Shown here: positions 28,313 to 36,299 of the stretch, one piece after another
Layout: the number at the start of each line of letters is the position of its first letter
Numbering within the stretch: the first letter of the stretch is position 1
Notes under the pieces: model-generated
Database searches by the model: none
Told to the model about the DNA's origin: nothing
Seen by the model: the letters and a program-made list of their open reading frames with translations, nothing else
Program-made: the position numbers and the translations under genes
Source of the DNA: a virus
Length of the DNA stretch: 64,000 nucleotides
Direction: 5' to 3' (one strand)
IMG/VR virus record: IMGVR_UViG_3300024344_000004
Location: 237 to 64,236 of that record

Positions 28313-29045
28313 TGTCTTCCTCCCTTTCTAGGTTAAAGAAAAATAATTGAAATAGTCTACTATTATGAATATTATCTCCAAAGTAAGCAGATGCTGAGTG
28401 TACTTTTCTAGCATCCCAGATTACTAACCTATTGTATATGTTTGCTACTTCATCTGTTTTTTCCCACTCAGTACCATCTAAGAAGTTTGCTTCATTATCT
28501 TCGTATTTACCAAACATTAAATTATGTACTTCTTGCCAAGACCGTCCCATGTATTTTTGACACTCTTCATCTGTTTGTGGCATCCAGTCTAAACCTGTAG
28601 TTTTGTGTCTCCAAAAGCTAGTTCCTCCTTCTCTAGGTGCATCTGGAGTTAAAAATATAGCTCCTGCGTATTGTTGACTATCTGCATGATAAACAATAGG
28701 TGTTCCAGCTGGGCACCATTGGAAACAACCATTAGTACTATAGTCCCAACCACCGTGTTGAGAACCAGAAACTATTTTACCATTCATAATCTTTTCTATA
28801 CATTCTTTTGTGTTGTCGAATATTTTTCTTCCTTCTTCGCTCCTATAACCCACAGCTCCGTGGTCTTCAGGATTTTTAAATTTACATTCCCCAATAGCCC
28901 AGTTTCTTACCTCGTCTGGGTCGTTAAAGAAATGGTCTACTACTACAATAGAGGGTGTTCTAACTGTAGCTGCTCTAATTTGTCCGGTATGTAATTTTTC
29001 CATACCATCTTCTGTGTATACTTTTTCATAGAATTCGTCTTTCAT
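28299..29045 (-). CDS. 2OG-Fe(II) oxygenase (DUF6445-like)
   Basis: VVVDHFF.DPD.VR, HAD facial motif, GGTSF, YNRLVIWDA..VHS, SRLFQLFFF; start set at ATG 29045 (ATGA overlap). Confidence 0.8.
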   Translation of the reverse strand: MKDEFYEKVYTEDGMEKLHTGQIRAATVRTPSIVVVDHFFNDPDEVRNWAIGECKFKNPEDHGAVGYRSEEGRKIFDNTKECIEKIMNGKIVSGSQHGGWDYSTNGCFQWCPAGTPIVYHADSQQYAGAIFLTPDAPREGGTSFWRHKTTGLDWMPQTDEECQKYMGRSWQEVHNLMFGKYEDNEANFLDGTEWEKTDEVANIYNRLVIWDARKVHSASAYFGDNIHNSRLFQLFFFNLEREEDNVEH

Positions 29046-29692
29046 TGTTTCTCCTTGTGTGCTATATACATTTCTAATGAAGATGCACTGGATATAGTAT
29101 ATCCCATATCTTTTAAAAATGCCCATAGTCTTTCTTTTAGTTCTGGAATGTCCCAACACTCAAATATAATAGGTGGGTATTCGTTTTGTATTATAGTTCT
29201 TTTTGCTCCTTGTAGTACTTCGTACTCGTGTCCTTCGACATCTATTTTAATTAAACCTATATTTTCTATTATGTAACTATCAAGAGTTTGAGTTTCTAAT
29301 TTATAAGAATCATAACTCTCTGTTAAGTAGGGTGTGTTCAATCCGTTTGTACCACCATCGTCAGCTCTTTCATGAAATGAAACTTCTTTAGATTGATAAG
29401 ATAAAGGAACATTATAAGTAGTTACTTTATGTGATAGCTGTGATAATGCAATGTTACCACAGAGTATATTATAAATATGTTTAGTCGGTTCGAACGCAAT
29501 TACTTCTTTACAATAAGGGGCAACTGACCATGTGTATGTACCAACATGAGCACCTATGTCTATAAAACATTTTGAACTATCTATATTATTTTTACACCAT
29601 TCTATAACAGTACTTTCTGGAAGCTCATTGTTAGCTCCTAGGTATTGTTCCATATTGTCTGGTATATAAAATTTATTATCTATAAGTTTCAT
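29042..29692 (-). CDS. FkbM-family SAM methyltransferase
   Basis: FIDIGAHVG, VIAFEP, LIKIDVEGHE..VLQGA. Confidence 0.92.
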   Translation of the reverse strand: MKLIDNKFYIPDNMEQYLGANNELPESTVIEWCKNNIDSSKCFIDIGAHVGTYTWSVAPYCKEVIAFEPTKHIYNILCGNIALSQLSHKVTTYNVPLSYQSKEVSFHERADDGGTNGLNTPYLTESYDSYKLETQTLDSYIIENIGLIKIDVEGHEYEVLQGAKRTIIQNEYPPIIFECWDIPELKERLWAFLKDMGYTISSASSLEMYIAHKEKQ

Positions 29693-30372
29693 CTACCCAT
29701 GTTCCTCCCTTTATTCTTTATAAGATTAGATAGATTATTTTCAATCAACTTTTGTATACTTTTAGGATAATCGTTTCTCTTTAATATTTCCTCAAATAAC
29801 TCACGAGATTCATCACATCTACCAACCCACCATAATGTTACTGCTTGTTGAAACAAAAAGAAATGAGAACCATAGTAATCTATATCACTCTGGAGTGGTT
29901 GGTGTTTATTGTCTGCGACAGATTCCCCTATGCATGCATAAGTGTAGGAATCCCACCATCTCTGATTATCTTCACTGTGAGCTATTCTTTCATAAACTAA
30001 TGATAAAAGAAAATAAGCTTCTGGTCTATCTGGTATCAAAGCAATAGCCATTAGTAAAGAATTCTTTTCGTGTGCTTTCCTATCTCCTTGTTCTCTATAA
30101 CAAATAGACATTCTTAGTAAACACTCATAACTTAAATTGTTATTATCAGTTCTTTCAGCACATTGGTGATAGAAACCTATAGCTGAGGCTGTCTGACCAA
30201 AAGCTTCGTACTCTTGGGCCACATAAAACATATTCTCTGGTGTTGGGTCGTCTATATAGTTTTTTAGATTCCTTATGTGTGGTGTAGGGTGATATTGTAG
30301 TTCAGGTCTATTATCTAACTCTTTTTGGAGTTCTATCACTTGTTGTTTTAATTCGTCGTAAGTAGGTTTCAT
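29689..30372 (-). CDS. TPR-repeat protein
   Basis: FYVAQEY..GQ..SAI.FY, P.RPEAYF.LS helical repeats. Confidence 0.7.
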   Translation of the reverse strand: MKPTYDELKQQVIELQKELDNRPELQYHPTPHIRNLKNYIDDPTPENMFYVAQEYEAFGQTASAIGFYHQCAERTDNNNLSYECLLRMSICYREQGDRKAHEKNSLLMAIALIPDRPEAYFLLSLVYERIAHSEDNQRWWDSYTYACIGESVADNKHQPLQSDIDYYGSHFFLFQQAVTLWWVGRCDESRELFEEILKRNDYPKSIQKLIENNLSNLIKNKGRNMGR

Positions 30373-31400
30373 AATTTCTCCTTAGGTAAGCTATCCATAA
30401 ATTTGAATGGTACTCTAAATAAATACGCTGAATTATCTTGATAACCAAACGTTATATACATTATATCATCCTCTATGACTAACCCACATACAAATTCTAT
30501 TTTACCATGCATAAATTTCCACGGTTGTGTTATACTAACTAAATTCCAATCTTTATCCCATACTATCATTCTATGGTTGTAGTGACCATCTCTATCTCCT
30601 TTTTCACTTTGCCATGGGTCTACACTGTGTGTAATAGCTACTCTGTAGTCTCCATGTGTTACTACTTGAGAACCTCCTCTAGGGTCAATAGTTTTAAATG
30701 GTAATTCTTTACCTAGGTGAATTTGTTCTGCTTTATCATTAACAAGGTCTACTTTAACTATTTCTAAAGGGTTCATCCACTTTACAAAGTGAAATGGCAT
30801 ATCTAGAATAGGCATCCAGTTCTTTTCACAGTATGATGATTTATCGGGTACCTCAATTATATGCCTCTCTTGTTCTGTAACTGCATTATTTGTGAGTTGT
30901 AACCTAGACATTTGCATTCTACCTTTACCGTCTGGTGCATGTCTTCTAACACCAGCAAACCACAATTGGTCATCCCATTTCATAAGTCTACCATCCTCAT
31001 GCCCTATAAATTCCCAATCAGGCATTTTAGGAAACTTATCAGTATTAATCTTATGATATCTTTCTATACCCCATCCAAGATTTAAATAACCTACATAGTT
31101 ATCTGTTCTAAGGTATGGGTCGTTGTCAGGTCTTACATAGTTCAAAGGTCCCCATGGTGTTTGGAATTTACCATCTTGATTATCTCCTTCTATGTATTCA
31201 GGGTCACAATGATGTAAAGTATAGGAAACATTACGAACATTGACAATCCAATCGTCGCCATCTTTTAAGATAGAAGGATTCATTAATCCTAACCCGCCCG
31301 TCAGGGCGGCGTCTATTATCAAAGGCGTTACAACACCTTCTTCACCAGCATCTCTAATCACTGAAGTCGTACATAATTTCTCAAACATATTAAGCTCCAC
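30369..31400 (-). CDS. Five-bladed beta-propeller glycoside hydrolase/phosphorylase-like protein
   Basis: NPSI, GHEDGRL, CEKNWMP, RGGSQ, IEFVCGL...YITFGYQD motifs. Confidence 0.75.
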   Translation of the reverse strand: MELNMFEKLCTTSVIRDAGEEGVVTPLIIDAALTGGLGLMNPSILKDGDDWIVNVRNVSYTLHHCDPEYIEGDNQDGKFQTPWGPLNYVRPDNDPYLRTDNYVGYLNLGWGIERYHKINTDKFPKMPDWEFIGHEDGRLMKWDDQLWFAGVRRHAPDGKGRMQMSRLQLTNNAVTEQERHIIEVPDKSSYCEKNWMPILDMPFHFVKWMNPLEIVKVDLVNDKAEQIHLGKELPFKTIDPRGGSQVVTHGDYRVAITHSVDPWQSEKGDRDGHYNHRMIVWDKDWNLVSITQPWKFMHGKIEFVCGLVIEDDIMYITFGYQDNSAYLFRVPFKFMDSLPKEKL

Positions 31401-31807
31401 TAATCACTGCTTTTTTCGAACACCGTAACCTTTGCATCCTTTGGTAGCTCTAAGCTCCATGGAGGTACGTACCCTGTATCGCATTCACAATTATGCCACC
31501 CGTGTTCACAATTGCACGTGGTCCATACAGTCTCCTTGCTGCCGCTACGCTCCCGCGAAACTTTGAGCAAGATTAAATATCCTATGAGGTCATCAAGTGT
31601 GTCCTCTGTGTTGTCATCAAGCCCTACATTCTTTATTCTGCTGAGCTTGTCATCGATTCGTGCACAGATAGCCTGTGCATTGTCGAGCTTACTAAAAATG
31701 TTGTCAGGTTCTAACGCACTATCGCCATAAGCTTTGTTCTTAGCTAATAGCAAATCCCTGATTTCATTACATGTCCATTTAATGGAGTTTTGCGTTTTCT
31801 TTGTCAT
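31400..31807 (-). CDS. Nucleotide-modification-associated domain (DUF1599/Nmad-like) protein
   Basis: LLLAKNKAYGDS...RIDDKLSRI...DTLDDLIGYLIL. Confidence 0.7.
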   Translation of the reverse strand: MTKKTQNSIKWTCNEIRDLLLAKNKAYGDSALEPDNIFSKLDNAQAICARIDDKLSRIKNVGLDDNTEDTLDDLIGYLILLKVSRERSGSKETVWTTCNCEHGWHNCECDTGYVPPWSLELPKDAKVTVFEKSSD

Positions 31808-31832
31808 ACAATTATATTTTAACCTTTGACCC

Positions 31833-32130
31833 TATATAAAGGTTACTGTTCCCAAACTGAGGAGTGCTATATAGAGCTTAGTATTGTTATTAATAGTAGC
31901 TTACCTATTATATCTATATATAGCTATATAATGACTTTCAAAATTTCACTCGATTTGTTTAAAGGGGTAGTCAAAGAAAATAGACGATGTGCCTTATAAT
32001 TTTAGACGGGGGGCTGAGATACTGAGAGACTACGCGAGAAGCTGAGAATATGAGCCTTAACCGGTGTTCTTTTTGGAGCTATAGATTAGAGAGCTAAGCA
32101 CGGATTGACCTAAAATCTTTATAAGTAGGT
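31833..32130. promoter_or_regulatory. Divergent promoter region (minus TATA 31833-31840; plus TATA about 32118-32125) with AT-rich core
   Basis: Coding-strand switch; two outward TATA boxes, each about 20-25 nt from an ATG. Confidence 0.7.
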
Positions 32131-32145
32131 TGCTATTCTCACATT

Positions 32146-32358
32146 ATGGTAAAAAACCATTTATCCGACAGCGAGTTAATCCAAATAGGATTTGAAGAGG
32201 ACACTATAAGCGGTGACCTCTATAGAGACGAAATGTCTAAAGACATCGAGATTTTTTGTGAACCATGTTTTGACCTTTTTAAAGAAAAAGTCGAAGCATC
32301 ACACGAAAGCCATAATGTAGAAATGTGTTATGATTGTTATATGGAGTTCAATGAATAA
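32146..32358 (+). CDS. Small acidic CxxC protein
   Basis: CEPC...CYDC; leaderless after TATA. Confidence 0.6.
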   Translation: MVKNHLSDSELIQIGFEEDTISGDLYRDEMSKDIEIFCEPCFDLFKEKVEASHESHNVEMCYDCYMEFNE

Positions 32359-32686
32359 TCAAAAGTATTTTGTGTATCGATTAGCCCAACAATCAGAAAA
32401 GACTTCATATCATTTTGTAGGTGCTGACTTCGGCAGTGAAGCCACTAAGGAAGCCGTGTATTACGGTATCACCTCAGACCCTCAAAGCCGTCTATCTAAG
32501 CACCGACCTAAAAAGGGTCAAGATATCAGCCTAATAGTTATGGCTGAATTTGAAAATGTTTTTGAGGGCTTAGCTCATGAAGCTAACTTAGTTTGGGAGC
32601 ATATCAAGAAATACGGTAAAGAACCAAAGTTTCAAGGTATGGCCGGTATAGGTAACAAAGGTTATACTTACGGGGGTAACAAGTAA
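32351..32686 (+). CDS. GIY-YIG-like nuclease domain protein
   Basis: YFVY...YYGITSDPQSRLSKH...E pattern. Confidence 0.65.
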   Translation: MNNQKYFVYRLAQQSEKTSYHFVGADFGSEATKEAVYYGITSDPQSRLSKHRPKKGQDISLIVMAEFENVFEGLAHEANLVWEHIKKYGKEPKFQGMAGIGNKGYTYGGNK

Positions 32687-32754
32687 ACTGATAGGTGACC
32701 TTAGCTCTCCGGAGCTAGGGCACTAAATATCAAATACTGATATAGGAAAAAAAT

Positions 32755-33339
32755 ATGAACGTAAAAACATATATGAAAAGGGCATACGCAACAACGGACA
32801 TGAATAGGGCAAACTATCATGAATCGAACGCATTACACCATTTAATGGGGCAATTAATGTATCTCTCAGATACTGCCGGCATGAAGGGTCATGAATTGAA
32901 TAAATACGGTCGTCATGTAATCGAGCGATTACAAACCATCGTTAAAGAATTCGAGACAGGTAAAAACGAAGGAATCAATACAAAGGGAGGTGAATAAGTG
33001 AAATTCGAAATAGAATTAAATAAGTATGATATCGACCAAATGAATAAAAATCGATATGGACATGATGATGTGATAACTTATGGCTATATGTTAGACATAC
33101 TACATAACATCGTCGACCAAATACACGACCAACAATAAAGGCCGTGTGGGGGGTATGGGAGGGCTCCGGCCCTCTCAACCTATACCTAATACATGGAGGT
33201 AACTAAAATGGATAACAAAACATCAATAGCTGTAATTAGTGCATTGAAATATAAACTTCAAAACGAAGATTGTAAAATCAATTTACCAAAAGCAACTTAT
33301 GCAAAAGCATTAAGAAATAGTCTTATCAGACTAAGATAA
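32755..33339 (+). CDS. Three small hypothetical ORFs (32755-32997, 32998-33138, 33208-33339)
   Basis: Co-oriented; GGAGG(T) SD before the second and third. Confidence 0.55.
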
Positions 33340-33370
33340 ATATCTAAGGCCCTTAAATACGAGGGATTTT

Positions 33371-33442
33371 AACCTGCGTAGGTGAGAACCTGCGTGGGTG
33401 AGAAACAGCATGAGTGAGAAACAGCATGAGTGAGAAAGTGAG
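33371..33442 (+). repeat. Tandem 16-bp repeats ending in GTGAG
   Basis: aacctgcgtaggtgag, aacctgcgtgggtgag, aaacagcatgagtgag x2, then aaagtgag. Confidence 0.9.
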
Positions 33443-33443
33443 A

Positions 33444-33474
33444 TTTTCCACTCGTGTGAAAAAACCTTTATATA
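33444..33474 (+). promoter_or_regulatory. Palindrome TTTTCCAC-N4-GTGAAAA + BRE-TATA, copy 1
   Basis: ttttccactcgtgtgaaaaaacctttatata; ATG at 33496. Confidence 0.85.
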
Positions 33475-33495
33475 GGGTAGTGTTCTTGGTATATT

Positions 33496-33618
33496 ATGAG
33501 CAGAGGAGAACCATTTGGCAGTTGCGAGGACTGCGGGCTTGATGAGGTCGAACTATTCGGCGGACTATGTGAAGATTGCGAGTGTGAGATGTTTGCAACA
33601 TTCTGGACAGGAGACTGA
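33496..33618 (+). CDS. 40-aa Zn-finger microprotein
   Basis: MSRGEPFGSCEDCGLDEVELFGGLCEDCECEMFATFWTGD; leaderless. Confidence 0.7.
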   Translation: MSRGEPFGSCEDCGLDEVELFGGLCEDCECEMFATFWTGD

Positions 33619-33654
33619 GAGAAACCCTTATATAGGGTCACTCTATGGTATAGT

Positions 33655-33771
33655 ATGGCAAAACACCCGTGGGCGCATTTATCTTTAAAACAGATTTATG
33701 CCAATACAGAAAAACTAAAAAGAATACGCAAAGAAATGGAAAAGGAATTAGAAGGTGAATTAACTATTTAG
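33655..33771 (+). CDS. 38-aa hypothetical protein with own promoter
   Basis: aaacccttatatagg about 20 nt upstream; MAKHPWAHLSLKQIY... Confidence 0.65.
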   Translation: MAKHPWAHLSLKQIYANTEKLKRIRKEMEKELEGELTI

Positions 33772-33780
33772 ATTCCATGA

Positions 33781-33999
33781 GTCCCCAACACTGTAAGATG
33801 TGGCCGTAGGAGTAGGTGCACCATTTGGAAGTGGCAAGTGTATGAGTGAGTTTAATAAACTTTCCAGCATGGGGACAAGAGGAGACGCCTGACAAGTGAT
33901 GGCGAAGGGCCAGTGGCATAAGTCCGCCCGAGCGTTAAACGTAGCGACGCATCTCCAGCCCAGTGAGCCGGCCTACTACGGTGGGACAGCTGGGCGCCC
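33781..33999 (+). ncRNA. Candidate structured ncRNA A
   Basis: Stems GTCCCCA/TGGGGAC, GGAGACGC/GCATCTCC, GCCCAG/CTGGGC; crossing pairing 33804-33817 with 33971-33981. Confidence 0.6.
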
Positions 34000-34030
34000 T
34001 TTTCCACTCATGTGAAAAAACCTTTATATA
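34000..34030 (+). promoter_or_regulatory. Palindrome + BRE-TATA, copy 2
   Basis: ttttccactcatgtgaaaaaacctttatata; ATG at 34051. Confidence 0.85.
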
Positions 34031-34050
34031 GACACACCCGTTGGTAATAT

Positions 34051-34458
34051 ATGACTAGAAAACATTTTGTAGCAATAGCTCAGTTATTAGCCAAGCATGA
34101 CGCAGACCTTAACATGGTCCGAGACTTTGCCGGTATGTGTGCCGAACACAACCCACGCTTCGACAGAGAAACCTTTATAAAGGCCTGCTCAATGGAGTAA
34201 TATGAGCAAAATACAAGACATGAGAAACACCCACCGTTTCCGCAGAGTAGCACGCAGAACCATAACCAAAAACAAGATTGACTTAGGAGTCCATGAGCAA
34301 CTTATGGCTATCCGTTTGGGTCTTGCTGAGGATGTGAGAAATTGAAAAGCATCTTAGATATTTTAGATGACATGGTCATCTCTGGTATAAGCGAAGCAGG
34401 GGACTACATTGTTCTCTGCGGGTGTGAAGACGCACCTTGCTGTGGGTGCAACCTGTGA
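34051..34458 (+). CDS. Three coupled micro-ORFs (34051-34200 MTRKHFVAIA...NPRFDRETF; 34202-34345; 34342-34458 ending CGCEDAPCCGC)
   Basis: Translated by hand; short or overlapping junctions. Confidence 0.6.
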
Positions 34459-34576
34459 GCTACGACAAACCACTCAAACGCAGTTGGAAAAAAGAAACAA
34501 ATAAGATTATCAAAAAGGCCAGCCAATAGCTCGTTTGTTTTTCGGACACCTCCGGGGGGTAGGGCCTCCCCCCACC

Positions 34577-34607
34577 TTTTCCACTTGCGTGAAAAAACCT
34601 TTATATA
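34577..34607 (+). promoter_or_regulatory. Palindrome + BRE-TATA, copy 3 (preceded by a G6/C6 hairpin)
   Basis: ttttccacttgcgtgaaaaaacctttatata; ATG at 34628. Confidence 0.85.
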
Positions 34608-34627
34608 GACATACTCATTAGTATATT

Positions 34628-34864
34628 ATGAGCAAAAACTTATGTGGTAAGACACGCAAGACTGATGACCCTTATGAGGTCTGGACTGGCCCACGTGGCT
34701 TTGAATGGAGAGTATTAAAAAAATACCAGAACGCTGAGAACGAAGCAAAGAATCCTCACGCCAGATGGTTCTGTGCTGTTAAGTCAGACTTTACCTATGG
34801 TTCTTTTGAACTTGGTGATGTGTATGTCAGTGAGATTAAGAGCATGGGGGAAAAGCTTATATAG
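34628..34864 (+). CDS. Small conserved-looking phage protein (PYEVW...WRVLKKYQ...RWFCAVKS...ELGDVY)
   Basis: 78 aa, leaderless. Confidence 0.7.
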   Translation: MSKNLCGKTRKTDDPYEVWTGPRGFEWRVLKKYQNAENEAKNPHARWFCAVKSDFTYGSFELGDVYVSEIKSMGEKLI

Positions 34865-34886
34865 GGATACCCTATTGGTTATTATC

Positions 34887-35294
34887 GAGTGGGGAGCCCA
34901 AATTACCCCCACTCACTTATGGTTATCGGCCATAACACGTGACCTGAACTTAAAGACAAGAATAGACCATACGCCAACATACGACAAGCAATAACAAACT
35001 CAAGCTGAACAAGTGCTGACCAATCCCTTTCCGGTCGATGCGCATCTTAGTTGATTAACGACGTGTAGCTAAAATTTTGTATCACCTTTTGCCTCACTGA
35101 TTCCCTGTTATAAACTTAAGCGTATACAGCTATGAAGGAATTCTCTTTATCTTTTAGTGTCTCCGTCTCCTGACCGTTCGCGGTTTGACTCGGAGCAGGT
35201 CACACCCTAATGGACAAAACCTAGTTTGTCCTGTGGCAACCGCTCCTCAAGGTAGGCTTTAAATTCTAATTAGAGCCTTGGGTGAAGTTGCCAC
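34887..35294 (+). ncRNA. Candidate structured ncRNA B with its own promoter
   Basis: TATA 34857-34863; starts with GAGTGGGG/CCCCACTC stem; ends with GTGGCAAC/GTTGCCAC stem + T5; no credible ORF. Confidence 0.7.
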
Positions 35295-35295
35295 T

Positions 35296-35326
35296 TTTTC
35301 CACTCTTGTGAAAAAAGCTTTATATA
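35296..35326 (+). promoter_or_regulatory. Palindrome + BRE-TATA, copy 4
   Basis: ttttccactcttgtgaaaaaagctttatata; ATG at 35348. Confidence 0.85.
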
Positions 35327-35347
35327 GGGGTAGCCCCTTGGTAATAC

Positions 35348-35587
35348 ATGAGCCAAGCAACTCAGACTAAGACCAATCTTCCTTGGAAGAATGGAAGCAA
35401 GGAGGTCGACTACTACGTAGAAATCGGCACGACTCCGTATGGAAAATACGGATTATACAAAGAAATGATTCCTGTCGGCACAGGGAGCAGAGGAAGACAC
35501 ATGGAACTCGCTCGTGAGATTCGTCTGTCCAATCCAGAAATCTTTGAGGATTTAGAACTAAGACAAGTTGTCAGTAGGAGCAGATAA
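35348..35587 (+). CDS. Hypothetical protein
   Basis: 79 aa, leaderless. Confidence 0.65.
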   Translation: MSQATQTKTNLPWKNGSKEVDYYVEIGTTPYGKYGLYKEMIPVGTGSRGRHMELAREIRLSNPEIFEDLELRQVVSRSR

Positions 35588-35616
35588 GCTTATAAAGGCA
35601 CACCTATTGGTATAGT

Positions 35617-35949
35617 ATGACTAAAGCAAAGATGGATTACCTTTGGGCTCCAAAGGATGAAAAACTCGTGAGTTCTTTATTGGACTCGCTGGGATTTGCT
35701 CGTGTTGGTGTATCTCAACGATACCCAACCGGAGTAAAGTATGACTGCCTTGTAGCTATATGTGATGTTATCGGTTCAAACGATAAAACAGCATCTATGG
35801 TTGCATCTCGCACTCATGAACTGCAATCCAAACGGAAAGCAACAGGTAAGGCACCTTCAGTTGATTCAGTCGTTTCTGCACTTGCATCTGGTAAGATGTC
35901 AGAAGCTGATTTGAAGAAAGCAATGAAGAAAGCTGGACTATTGAAATAG
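35617..35949 (+). CDS. Hypothetical protein with own promoter
   Basis: 110 aa; aagcttataaagg about 20 nt upstream. Confidence 0.65.
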   Translation: MTKAKMDYLWAPKDEKLVSSLLDSLGFARVGVSQRYPTGVKYDCLVAICDVIGSNDKTASMVASRTHELQSKRKATGKAPSVDSVVSALASGKMSEADLKKAMKKAGLLK

Positions 35950-35965
35950 ATAGATAATAAGCACC

Positions 35966-36260
35966 TGAGCAAGTCAGAAAACTGCTCACCTTATATTTAT
36001 GGAAGTAGCTCTTCCGTAATCGGGTATGGCCGAACAAGTCCGCCACGGACTAAGGCACAGGACTGCGCAAACCGAGAAGCGACTGCTGGAGGAATGCAAA
36101 ACTGGTATGGGTTCTACTATGTAGTGGCATAAACCCATTGGAGGTATACATTAAATCCTCCTACCCATCCTTACATTGACGCCCCTTGACTTCCGTTATC
36201 GAATGCAAAAACATCGAGGAAGGAATGCTTTACCACCGGTGGTATATAAGTCAGGGGCTC
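35966..36260 (+). ncRNA. Candidate structured ncRNA C
   Basis: Serial hairpins TGAGC/GCTCA, GGAAG/CTTCC, AGTCC/GGACT, ATGGGTT/AACCCAT, GGAGG/CCTCC and terminal GCCCCTTGACTT/AAGTCAGGGGC before a T-run. Confidence 0.6.
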
Positions 36261-36268
36261 ATCTCTTT

Positions 36269-36286
36269 TTTTCCACTCAAGTGAAA
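36269..36286 (+). promoter_or_regulatory. Palindrome copy 5, not followed by a TATA box
   Basis: ttttccactcaagtgaaa. Confidence 0.6.
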
Positions 36287-36299
36287 CTTTTTCAAGATG

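Noticed and set aside
29046-29159. Track N-terminal extensions of several ORFs (2OG oxygenase, aIF-1A, HSP20, primase, 56447)
   Set aside because: They overlap upstream genes in another frame; downstream ATGs give standard coupled junctions
33877-33935. Group I intron or RNase P identity for ncRNA A (GGCATAAGTCC, AAGTCCGCCC)
   Set aside because: No interrupted gene, no convincing P7 or P4 partner strand, no terminal G context; resemblance is only a few bases
34773-34994. 73-aa ORF overlapping ncRNA B
   Set aside because: Out-of-frame overlap with a real gene and crosses a promoter; no start signal
34960-35215. tmRNA or tRNA-like identity for ncRNA B (GGTTTGACTC)
   Set aside because: No T-stem pairing, acceptor stem or CCA, and no tag frame; archaea lack tmRNA
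33444-36286. Palindromic ~30-bp repeats as a CRISPR array (a Cas4-like gene is present)
   Set aside because: Spacing is 550-970 bp, the units contain TATA boxes and ORFs, and no cas1/cas2 is present; Cas4-like nucleases are common stand-alone in archaeal viruses
33444-36286. TTCCAC..GAAA as archaeal ORB origin boxes or integron attC sites
   Set aside because: Arm spacing is longer than the ORB core, there is no G-string or Orc1/Cdc6 gene, and no integrase is present; the fixed position next to the BRE fits a transcription role
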